A stretch of 64,000 nt of DNA, taken from contig CAVRVY010000002.1 in NCBI GenBank assembly GCA_963724765.1, positions 256,001-320,000 of the forward strand, in the 5' to 3' direction. Below are positions 28,134 to 36,562 of the stretch, piece by piece (the stretch's first letter is position 1; the number at the start of each line of letters is the position of its first letter). Source of the DNA: an uncultured delta proteobacterium (lineage in GTDB: Bacteria; Desulfobacterota; Binatia; Binatales; Binataceae). Under the pieces are notes generated by a model. It did not search any database and had not been told where the DNA came from. It saw only the letters and a program-made list of their open reading frames with translations. The position numbers and the translations under genes were made by a program.

Positions 28134-28667
28134 AGTTAGTACGTGCACGACCAATCCACCAGCTAGAAATGCTGCTGCGAAGAGCAGCAAACGTTGACTG
28201 GATAGCAGGAGCCTGCCCTTCTGCTCGGCTAAAGCATTTTGCGATTTGCGCACTCCGTGCCAACAGCGAATATGGAAGCGCTTCAATTCGTCTCCATTGA
28301 CTAGCGCGCTTTTCTCAAACCAATCTGCATCACTCGGACATTCCCATGCGTAACGCGCGCGCAACGCCCGATACGCCTGGATCGCTGCAAATAAGGCGCA
28401 GAGAGCGCCCAGCACGATAAATCCTAGGCTTAACGTAACACTATGGGGAGGATCAAGAAGAAAAGCTAAGACCGCAGTGGACCAGCCAAGAACCATCGCC
28501 GCTTTGGAATCAATTTGGCTACTGCGCTGCTGAACTTCTGCCATTAACATTTGTCCGAACGATGCCAATTCGTCAGTCACTCCCTCCTCTTCATATGAAT
28601 AGACAAGTTCTTGTACTTCCTCACTAGAGAGGTCGTTCTGCTGAACAGTAAATCTAGCCATCATCAA
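28053..28667 (-). CDS. Multi-TM cargo protein resembling Pycsar-effector-type membrane proteins
   Basis: IDSKA before a TM hairpin; W(F)E...DELKRFH; N....KG..L..S..LL. Confidence 0.65.
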   Translation of the reverse strand: MMMARFTVQQNDLSSEEVQELVYSYEEEGVTDELASFGQMLMAEVQQRSSQIDSKAAMVLGWSTAVLAFLLDPPHSVTLSLGFIVLGALCALFAAIQAYRALRARYAWECPSDADWFEKSALVNGDELKRFHIRCWHGVRKSQNALAEQKGRLLLSSQRLLLFAAAFLAGGLVVHVLTLFFHVPTLVALNGNVWPRLGIAGRMQ

Positions 28668-28673
28668 GCTCCC

Positions 28674-29567
28674 TTAAAATGCCTCAACTTCGCCGCTTAA
28701 CGCTTTCAAAACTAAAGGTAGCGAAGGTGTCGTTTCTTTTAGCTCGCAGGCCATGGCTGTTATCGCACTTTTACAAACGTCGAAGAGAACTAGGGCCTTG
28801 TCTTCGTCCAAATTGTCTTCAGGGTGAATAATAGGATTCCTGTGCATCTCTCTAATCTGGTCAATGAGGGCAATAGTCTTGACGTCTGGCCTCAGAGTCT
28901 TGTTTGGATCGTTGGCACATTTGGTCAAAATCTTTGTATAAGCTCCCCAATTGCGCATCTTCGGTTTTGGTTTAGTGCCGACAAAGCGCTCATAGTAGAT
29001 ACGCAAGACAGCATCTGTCGCGCGAAGAATGTGAAAGCCAGTGGCGGTGAACAGATCGAATGCGAGGCATTTGCCAGCTTGTCGAAAATCATTGACAGCT
29101 TGACCTGAAATTTCAGCGCGCAGACTAGCTGACAAAGCATTTTCGGCACGTTCAATCAGATCGGCTGTGGAGTATATACCTTTTTTTGAAACCGTATATG
29201 TATCCGCCGTACTTAACTCAGCGGACAATACGGTCTGAAATTCACTAATGGCATCGCGCACATAATACGATGCCATGACGTCTAGTGTCGGCGGGTCGGT
29301 TTCGTTCGTACCTTTGTCAATGGCTTGGCGTATAATTTTGGTGGCTTCGGCGTTTTGTTCGTTGACCAACTCCTTGAGCTTAAGCGTAGTTGCACGAACG
29401 ACCTGAAGGGTCAGCGCCTCTACCTTGAGAAGAGCGCTCAACCAACGAGACGCATTGAAATAATCATAAGTCAAATCCTGAAGCGGGGTGCCGCTCTCAG
29501 ACTTTAGCCCCAGCGCACGAATAATCGCCCCACCCTCGTAGAAGAAAAATGAATTTAGACGCTCCAA
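28674..29567 (-). CDS. HEPN-domain protein (putative RNase effector)
   Basis: Helical protein with A..CLA...TA.GFH.LRA and Rx4H motif RNPIIH; TTG start inferred after GGGGAAAG inside the IS. Confidence 0.7.
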   Translation of the reverse strand: MERLNSFFFYEGGAIIRALGLKSESGTPLQDLTYDYFNASRWLSALLKVEALTLQVVRATTLKLKELVNEQNAEATKIIRQAIDKGTNETDPPTLDVMASYYVRDAISEFQTVLSAELSTADTYTVSKKGIYSTADLIERAENALSASLRAEISGQAVNDFRQAGKCLAFDLFTATGFHILRATDAVLRIYYERFVGTKPKPKMRNWGAYTKILTKCANDPNKTLRPDVKTIALIDQIREMHRNPIIHPEDNLDEDKALVLFDVCKSAITAMACELKETTPSLPLVLKALSGEVEAF

Positions 29568-29603
29568 TTTACTTTCCCCCAAAGGCACTATGGCCCATTG
29601 GGC

Positions 29604-29632
29604 AGCATACGGTTCGGTTGTCCCTTCGTCAA
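29604..29632 (-). promoter_or_regulatory. Inward sigma70-like promoter from the right TIR of IS element 2, positioned to drive HEPN + TM genes
   Basis: TTGACG-17bp-TATGCT on the minus strand. Confidence 0.55.
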
Positions 29633-29784
29633 GTGAATCATCTCGAGATTTTTCACCCATAGCCTTGCACAAGGCGGCGCTTCGCACGCTCTGCGTCGTG
29701 GCAGCCGAAGCGAAACAGCTACCCGCGCAAATCCGACCGGCGATTGCGATCAGCGATTGAAGGACCGCGCGCTGCTGCGATTCG

Positions 29785-30126
29785 TCAAACCGAGCGCGGG
29801 TCCGCGCAAATCTCGCGGCGTGCGTCGGCCAGCACCTGGAATACGCGCCGGCGCGTGCAGCTCAGCGTGCGCGCGATCTCCTCGACGCTGCGGCCCGCGG
29901 CGCGCAGCGCCAGAATCTGCGTGCGGCGCGGCGGCGGCTTGGGCAACTCCACTCGCTCGCCGCCAAACATCTCGGCCAGCTTCATTGCCGCTCCCGTGCC
30001 GACCGCGCGCGCCAGGGCGTCGTTGGCGCTCGGGCTATGCGGGACATACAGGCGGGTACCTCCGAAGCTGGCGATCAGCTTGGCGGCCGCTTCTTCGCCT
30101 ATGATCTCGACGATGAACCCCAGCAT
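29785..30126 (-). CDS. Mor/C-family phage transcriptional activator
   Basis: IG..AA.KL...FGGTRLYVP, FGGE.V.LP, C-terminal HTH; GGAGG RBS. Confidence 0.82.
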   Translation of the reverse strand: MLGFIVEIIGEEAAAKLIASFGGTRLYVPHSPSANDALARAVGTGAAMKLAEMFGGERVELPKPPPRRTQILALRAAGRSVEEIARTLSCTRRRVFQVLADARREICADPRSV

Positions 30127-30416
30127 GGATATCTACCTCCCCCGGGTTTCGCTTCGCCTGCGGCTCCGCGCCATCCTCTTCCGCCACCTTTGGCAGTGCG
30201 AAATGGTCCTCTTTGATGGGCTGTGCTTCGACCGTCCGCTCGCGCCGCCCAGCGACGGCCGCGAAAGGTTCGGATTGAAGCGGAAATGTTCCAGATTGTG
30301 ACAGCGGCGTTACAGTCGGAGCGCGCGGATGAGATGCCGCCGCATTGCGACGAGCGTCGACAAATTGGCGCGCGACGCCATCGAATTGTCGCTCCGATCG
30401 GCATACGCATAAGGTC

Positions 30417-30776
30417 TCAGGCGGCTTGCGCGGGTTTGTGTGCCGCCGCGGTTAGCTCGTGCGCGATACGGTCGAGCAGCCCGGCGAAGTCGGCGTCGGC
30501 CAGCCGGCGGCGCGCGACCACGTTGCAGGCGTGGATGACGCTGGTGTGATCGCGCGCGAAAGCCATGCCGATACGAGGAAATGAGGCCGCCTGGCGCCGC
30601 CGTCCCATCCATCCGCCGCCTGCCAGCTCGCGGCTGAGATACATCGCCACCTGGCGCGCACCGGCGACGCGATGGCGGCGCTTACGCGAGAGCATCTCGC
30701 TGATATTGAGGCAAAACGCACGCGCCACGGCGTGCTGGACATCGGCGATCGATATGCAACCGGGACGGTCTTCCAT
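30417..30776 (-). CDS. Stand-alone DnaA C-terminal (domain IV) DNA-binding protein
   Basis: I.DVQ.AVA..F......LS..R...VA.ARQVAMYLSREL...SFPRIG..F.RDHTSVIHA. Confidence 0.85.
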   Translation of the reverse strand: MEDRPGCISIADVQHAVARAFCLNISEMLSRKRRHRVAGARQVAMYLSRELAGGGWMGRRRQAASFPRIGMAFARDHTSVIHACNVVARRRLADADFAGLLDRIAHELTAAAHKPAQAA

Positions 30777-31078
30777 TGCAACGGTCCTCCTGTCATTGGC
30801 GCGCCTGGCGCATGGCGCGAACACTTGTTGGATAATGCGAGGCACGCTAATTGCGTATTCCGGGTGATCGAGTCGTGAATTGGGAATCCATGGCCGGCGC
30901 TGCGCGCCGTGCGCGCGCGTAGTATCGGACAGACCGCGCTGGCGGTGAGGATTTAACACTTGTTTGAAGATCGAGACCGAAAAGCTTTGTGCGGGCGACG
31001 AAAATAGCCCATAAAAATGGTTCAACGAGCGAATCCAGCAAACATAGCCACGGGCATTTATCCCACAGTGGGAGGAAG

Positions 31079-31735
31079 ATGTCAACTACAGTAGGAGAAG
31101 AGGAGTTCCGCCGGCGTCTGCGCCTGATCATGCAACAGTTTGGATCGGTCGCGGATCTCGCGCGGGCTGTCGGAGTATCGGACAACGCCATCTACAAATG
31201 GGTTTCCGGCCGCGGGCAGCCAAGTATGATCAGTCTCGTTAATCTGGCGCGTGCCGCGCGGGTCTCGATCGAGTGGCTGGCGACCGGACAAGACGCCCCC
31301 AAGGGCGAAGTGCGGGGAGCGGAATCCGGCGAGTACGTATATCTGCCGCGCAACTCGGTGCGCAGCTCAGTTGGCCGGGGTACTGTGCAGAGCCACCAGA
31401 TTGTCGACTACCTGGCGCTCAAGGCTGAATGGCTGCGGCGCCGTATCAATATCGATCCGAAGAGCCTGATGCTGATCGAGGCGGTGAGCGACTCGATGAC
31501 GCCCACGATCGAAGAGGGCGATCTGGCGCTGGTTGACTTGCGGGATCCGCGTTTTCGTCATGACGGAGTTTACGTACTGCGGACGGGCGGAGATCTGTCG
31601 ATCAAGCGTATCCAGCGCCGCCCCGACGGCAAGCTGATCATCCGCAACGACAACGCCGCCTATGAGCCGACGGTCGTGACCGCCGACAGCGTCAATGTCG
31701 TGGGTCATGTAATATGGATCGCTGGACGGCTGTGA
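31079..31735 (+). CDS. CI-like repressor (XRE HTH + S24 peptidase)
   Basis: GGAGG RBS; HTH LARAVGVSDNAIYKW; WLATG; DSMTPTI and IKRI catalytic dyad. Confidence 0.9.
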   Translation: MSTTVGEEEFRRRLRLIMQQFGSVADLARAVGVSDNAIYKWVSGRGQPSMISLVNLARAARVSIEWLATGQDAPKGEVRGAESGEYVYLPRNSVRSSVGRGTVQSHQIVDYLALKAEWLRRRINIDPKSLMLIEAVSDSMTPTIEEGDLALVDLRDPRFRHDGVYVLRTGGDLSIKRIQRRPDGKLIIRNDNAAYEPTVVTADSVNVVGHVIWIAGRL

Positions 31736-32168
31736 AAGCACGCTGTGCGGGGAGGGTGGCGGCGATCGTCTGACGCGGCGCACGCTGACGGCGGAGGCGG
31801 AGGCCGTCCCGCGCGAGTTTCGCGAATGGCCCACGCGAATGGCCCAATTGATTAGTTCGTAGAAAAATCCTACAAAACGTAATGGCTGGCGTTGCTAAAG
31901 ACGCTTCCACGGCCTCTTCGGCGTATCCTCCGGTCGGTTTCTTCTGAACGGTCCTTTTTCAGAGTCGCTCCGCCTGCGGTGCAATTTCTCGCCTGAGGAA
32001 TTGCCAAAGCGTTCGCTGAAGCGGGTCCCTATAACTTATAATCCGATAGTGGACTGAATCCGGTCCTTGCGTCTCGACCGGGACTCCGCCGCTTGGAGGC
32101 GGGGGGGGGGCCAGGTGCGCCGCAAGCGAATCAGGCGGAGTTGAGACGGCGCAACAACTCGGAGCGCG

Positions 32169-33449
32169 ATGACCGCACGCGAACATCGCTATGTTCCCAG
32201 CTTCGATGGCCTGCGCGCGATCTGCATCACGGCCGTGCTCTTCATTCACATGCCGCCGCCGAGCGGCCATCCGTGGCTCGAGGCGATACGCAGCCGCGGC
32301 TGGTACGGCGTGGACATGTTCTTCATCCTGAGCGGATTCCTGATTACCTGGATTCTCGCCGTCGAGGTCGAGACCACCGGCACGGTTGATCTCGGGCGTT
32401 TCTATCGCGCGCGAACGTTGCGACTGCTGCCAGCCTACCTCTCGACCATCCTGCTGGTGCTGGCGGGCGCGCATCTGTTTGAAATCGCGCAGGGCAACGA
32501 ATCCTACCGGCTCGCAGATCTGTGGCCGCTCTTTCTTTCCTACACGCTCAACATCTGGATGGCGGCGACCGCTATCTGGCCTTGGGGAGTCAGTCATTTC
32601 TGGTCGCTGTGCGTGGAGGAGCACTTTTACCTCTCCTGGTCGGCGGTGATGAAACGCTGGGGATTGCGACGCGTTTTGCGGATGTCGCTGATCGCGATTC
32701 CGACGGTCGCGGCGTATCGAATCGGATGGTACCTGTGGATGAACCGCGGGCATCTCGCCGCGCCCTCGCGAGCGTCGTTCTTCAGGATCTACTACGCAAC
32801 CGATACGCGGATCGACGCGATCCTGGTGGGATGCGCGCTGGCGCTGCTGATGCGCGAGGCGCGTCTGCAGGGGCTGTGGCGCCGGCTGGAGTCCGCCGCC
32901 TGGTTTCCCTCGCTCGCGTTACTCGCCACGCTCGGCACTATCGCGTGGTCTACGCAGTATCGATGGCGCACCGAGACGTTCGGTTACACCGTGATGGCGA
33001 TGGTGTCGAGCACGCTGCTGCTCGCGATCTTTCTCCAGCCGCAGTGCAGGATTGCGCGGGTGCTGGCGGCGCGGCCGCTGGTCCATCTCGGACGCATCTC
33101 CTACGGCATCTATCTGTTTCACGCGCCGCTGCTGACGGGATTGGAGGTCAAGCTGCGATTCTCCGCACAATATATCGAACCCGCCCGCTACCTTCCCGTG
33201 CTTGGGCTTCTGGTGCTTGGCTCGGTGGGCGCGGCGGCGTTGCATTATCGCGTCGTTGAGCGGCGGTTTCTTGCGATGCGCGGGCCGCGGACATTTCTTG
33301 CGAATTCGAGCGTGGCTCTTGCGAATTCGAGCGTCGCGCCATCCGTTGCGCACCCGACAAGCGAGTCTCCAGAGAAAATTGGCTCCCTCGCCGGACCCGC
33401 GCGGCGCGGCCCTGCACCCATCCGTGGCCCTGGCGCGGGCGCGATTTGA
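32169..33449 (+). CDS. Acyltransferase-3 (OafA-like) membrane O-acyltransferase
   Basis: DGLRA, GVDMFFILSGFLI, HFWSLCVEEHFY, GRISYGIYLFH. Confidence 0.92.
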   Translation: MTAREHRYVPSFDGLRAICITAVLFIHMPPPSGHPWLEAIRSRGWYGVDMFFILSGFLITWILAVEVETTGTVDLGRFYRARTLRLLPAYLSTILLVLAGAHLFEIAQGNESYRLADLWPLFLSYTLNIWMAATAIWPWGVSHFWSLCVEEHFYLSWSAVMKRWGLRRVLRMSLIAIPTVAAYRIGWYLWMNRGHLAAPSRASFFRIYYATDTRIDAILVGCALALLMREARLQGLWRRLESAAWFPSLALLATLGTIAWSTQYRWRTETFGYTVMAMVSSTLLLAIFLQPQCRIARVLAARPLVHLGRISYGIYLFHAPLLTGLEVKLRFSAQYIEPARYLPVLGLLVLGSVGAAALHYRVVERRFLAMRGPRTFLANSSVALANSSVAPSVAHPTSESPEKIGSLAGPARRGPAPIRGPGAGAI

Positions 33450-33798
33450 GGTCGCCTCGGATGCGAGCAGCGGCGGTGTGATCTCGTGCATCGGCAGTTC
33501 GGAATAGATGGGAGAAGATCCTGCGGTTGCAAGTCAGGACTGGAAAGATGGGCCGTTTCCGATTAATAGCCTTGTGAGGCTGGGAGACTTCAATTCCCGC
33601 CGAAAGCAGGCGACGCGATTCGCCACCCTGGACCACGGCGTTACGCCCGCGGGCGTAACGGCTGACAGGAGCGAGGGTTAAAGCTCGCACACCCCGGCAT
33701 CAGTTTCCGGAGGAGCTCGATGAACTGCCCTTGAACCGCGATCGAGGGGCGGTCGCGATGTTCAGGGGGCGCGCACAACGCAAAGCAGGAGAACTGGA

Positions 33799-34965
33799 AT
33801 GGCTAAACGGTTGGGGCTGCTTATCATCGCAATCCTCGCGGCAATCCTCACGGGCATGATGCCGCAGGGCGGTTCTGGCGCGCTCGCCCAGATGCCGCCC
33901 AACGAGCAAGTTACCGTGCTCCAGTTGCCGGATGTGTCACCGCATTGGGTAGCGGCGACGGCGCCGCTGGCGGGCTCGATAATGATCACGCCGATAGTGC
34001 TGATTAACGGCGACACGCGGCAGGTGATCGGAAATCTCACCGGGGGGCTGGCCGCGATGTTCGCGGCGTCGCCCGATCATAAATTTTTCTATACCGCGGA
34101 CACTTTCTATTCACGCGCGGTCCGCGGCGATCGTACCGATGTGGTCACCATCTACGACGCGCACAAGCTCGAGCCGGTCGGTGAAATCCAGGTTCCGACC
34201 AAGCGCCAGCTCGCGATTTCCGACCCGACCTCGATGCAGCCCACGACCGACGGCCGTTTCCTGCTGATGCTCAACCTCACTCCGGCGACCTCGGTCACCG
34301 CGGTTGATCTCCAGAATCGCAAGGTCGCCGGCGAGATTCAGACGCCGGGCTGTTCGGAAGTGCTGATGCTCGGGGCGCGCGAGTTCGCCTCTGTATGCGC
34401 CGACGGCTCGATGCTGACCACGGAGTTCGATGACAACGCCAAGGCGACTTCGCAAAAGCGCACGGCCAAACCGTTCTTCGACGTCGAAAAAGACCCGGTC
34501 TTTCAGCTACCGGCGATGATCGACAAGAAGGCCTACTTCGTCAGCTACCACGGCGTAGTCTATCCGATGGACCTGAGTGCCACTCCGGCGGAGCCGGGAG
34601 ATACGTGGTCGATGCTGAGCGACGCCGAGAAAAAGGATGGATGGCGACCGGGAGGATGGGAACCGGTATCGGGCTACGCGCCGGGACATCTGATGTTCGT
34701 ACTGATGCATCAGGGCGGCGAGTGGACGCATCAGATGGCGGGCCCCGAGGTCTGGGTGTACGACGTCAACGAGCACAAGCGGGTGGCGAAGATTCCGATG
34801 CCGCTGAAGGCCAATGCGATCCACGTCACCCAGGACGACAACCCGCTGCTCTTCGCGCTGGTCACGCAGTCCTCACAGTTGCAGATCTTCTCGGCGCTCA
34901 AGGGCCGGTACATGGGCACGATCAACGAGATCACCCAGAATCCTTACGTCCTGTTCGGGCTGTAA
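33799..34965 (+). CDS. mauB: Methylamine/aromatic-amine dehydrogenase heavy subunit
   Basis: TFYSR..RG.RTDVVTIYD, N.TPATSV, PGC, WRPGGW, VLMH....H....EVWVYD; signal peptide. Confidence 0.88.
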   Translation: MAKRLGLLIIAILAAILTGMMPQGGSGALAQMPPNEQVTVLQLPDVSPHWVAATAPLAGSIMITPIVLINGDTRQVIGNLTGGLAAMFAASPDHKFFYTADTFYSRAVRGDRTDVVTIYDAHKLEPVGEIQVPTKRQLAISDPTSMQPTTDGRFLLMLNLTPATSVTAVDLQNRKVAGEIQTPGCSEVLMLGAREFASVCADGSMLTTEFDDNAKATSQKRTAKPFFDVEKDPVFQLPAMIDKKAYFVSYHGVVYPMDLSATPAEPGDTWSMLSDAEKKDGWRPGGWEPVSGYAPGHLMFVLMHQGGEWTHQMAGPEVWVYDVNEHKRVAKIPMPLKANAIHVTQDDNPLLFALVTQSSQLQIFSALKGRYMGTINEITQNPYVLFGL

Positions 34966-35119
34966 GGTGCGATAATAGGCGACCGCGGGCCCGCGGGGCC
35001 GCGTGGCGGAGCAACTGGCATCGCGGGGCGGGCGATGCTACTGGAAACGCTGGCAGGAGCGCAGCGGGAACCGGCCTTGGGGATTCCGGGCGCGCGCCTG
35101 GCGAAACAGGAGACGGCGA

Positions 35120-35641
35120 ATGGACGCACTGGTGGAACGTCTTTCACGAACGGTGGCGCAGCGGACCTCGCGGCGCGGCTTTCTGGGCTACCTGGGCAAG
35201 GCGCTGGTGGGCGGGATGATGATTCCGCTGCTGCCGATCAACCGGGTGGTGGAACAGGCGCAGGCGCAGATGAGCGAGGGGCCCACGGCGGAGGGCGAGG
35301 GCGGCGATATCACGAGTTGCGACTACTGGCGCTACTGCGGCTTCGACGGCTATCTGTGCAGCTGCTGTGGAGGCGCGCTGACCTCGTGCCCGCCGGGGAC
35401 GGTGGCGTCGCCGACCTCGTGGGTGGGGACGTGCCAGCATCCAACCGACGGCAAGGAATACATCATCGCGTACCGCGACTGCTGCGGTAAGGACGTATGC
35501 AACCGCTGCTTCTGCGACAATAACAAGGGGCAGGTGCCGATTTACCGGCCGCAGTTGGATAACGACATCATCTGGTGTTTCGGGGCGAAGAATTTCGCCT
35601 ATCACTGCACCACGGCGATCCGGCTGGGGGTCAAAACCTGA
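35120..35641 (+). CDS. mauA: TTQ amine dehydrogenase light subunit
   Basis: Tat motif SRRGFL; CDYWRYC..DG.LCSCCGG, SWVGTC, YRDCCG, DIIWCFG. Confidence 0.93.
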   Translation: MDALVERLSRTVAQRTSRRGFLGYLGKALVGGMMIPLLPINRVVEQAQAQMSEGPTAEGEGGDITSCDYWRYCGFDGYLCSCCGGALTSCPPGTVASPTSWVGTCQHPTDGKEYIIAYRDCCGKDVCNRCFCDNNKGQVPIYRPQLDNDIIWCFGAKNFAYHCTTAIRLGVKT

Positions 35642-36004
35642 CCGAAGCTTGGCTCACTTTCGCGCGTCCTCCTAGCGTTGGTTTTCATTCGCTTCGCGCC
35701 GCGTAATCGCAGCACGCCAGCGCGGTTCACATAATATTTCAAGCGTCCGTTAGGAACCCGCGCGGGTGCCTGCCTTACCCGCCGGCGCTTGGCGCACCCT
35801 TCGGAATCTTCCGTGTTCGTCGCGGAGCCACCAGTATAGCGCTGGATGGTGCGGATGGAGACAAAGGTTCCTGGTCCCTTCGGAGTCAAAAGGGGGGGAG
35901 GCTTTTATTAGATATCCTCATTTCAAATGTCAACCCTGCTGAATTAATGGAATGTCTTATGCGTTCCTTTTAGGCGAATCGGATGCTCTATGAGGAGGCA
36001 TGTC

Positions 36005-36342
36005 ATGAAGAAGCTAGCCATGCAATTTTCTCGCTTTGCTTCTTTGGATGCAGCGCAGGGTCTCAGCAGACAGCGTTTGAGTCGCCGGTCGCGGCACCGA
36101 GCTTCGCGGCACCGGCGACGCAGGTTGACACGATTTGCCAGGGTGCCACGAATTGTTGGAAGCAGGTCTTGCAAGGTCAAAAAGAGGCATTAGCGGCCGC
36201 GAATGATGCCTATCCACCGGGCGAAAAACGTGAGCATCGCCGGGACGCAATTCGGAGTGATACGTTGCAGGAGTTGCGGAACTGCGGAGGTAAAGCCGAG
36301 CACGATTTCGACCAACTTGAGATGCTTTTGATCACTAAATAG
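36005..36342 (+). pseudogene. Probable small lipoprotein with a frameshift in its signal peptide
   Basis: GAGGAGG RBS then MKKLA in one frame; AIFSLCFFG-C and the mature part in another frame. Confidence 0.5.
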
Positions 36343-36562
36343 CGGCGTCGGCCGCGTGAAGGAACGTCCTCTCAACCGGCGCGCCTCGGCATTCGACCAA
36401 AGTTGCTGAGACGGGCGGCGTGCCACGAGCCGGCGGGCGCGGCACCCACGCACCGTCTTCCAGCCGTCTGCGCGTATCGGGAAAAACAACGGGAGCCGCG
36501 CATCGCGCGGCTTTCGCTGTCTTTTCTGGCTGGTTCCGATACGCGGCAAACGCGGCGCGCCT

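Larger units (their letters stand above)
26792..29645 (+). mobile_element. IS1595-family transporter element 2 (~2854 bp) with cargo
   Basis: TIR core GATGATTCACTTGACGAAGGGA at both ends; degenerate TSD AAATATTT / AGATTTTT. Confidence 0.9.
23291..29739. repeat. ~250-bp tandem duplication (A 23291-23458 / A' 26624-26791; B' 26541-26626 / B 29654-29739), each copy interrupted by a different IS
   Basis: Direct alignment by eye; about 11 substitutions; CCG microhomology at the B'/A' junction. Confidence 0.88.
15814..31735 (-). mobile_element. Reduced Mu-like prophage module (regulation + lysis + DNA packaging only)
   Basis: Mu-like late gene order Mor/C, lysin, spanins, holin, gp25, gp26, gp27, TerL, portal, with a divergent repressor; no MuA/MuB, head or tail genes in the window. 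Confidence 0.8.

Noticed and set aside
29568-29687. HEPN ORF extension across the IS end
   Set aside because: Runs through the TIR and the predicted promoter; an internal TTG with an RBS is more plausible
30825-31068. Possible DnaA boxes near the DnaA-IV gene (TGTTGGATAA, TTATCCCACA)
   Set aside because: Each needs a 1-nt indel relative to TTATCCACA; too weak to call
33296-33337. 21-bp tandem duplication (LANSSVA x2) in the acyltransferase tail
   Set aside because: In-frame slippage in a disordered C-terminus; no evidence of function
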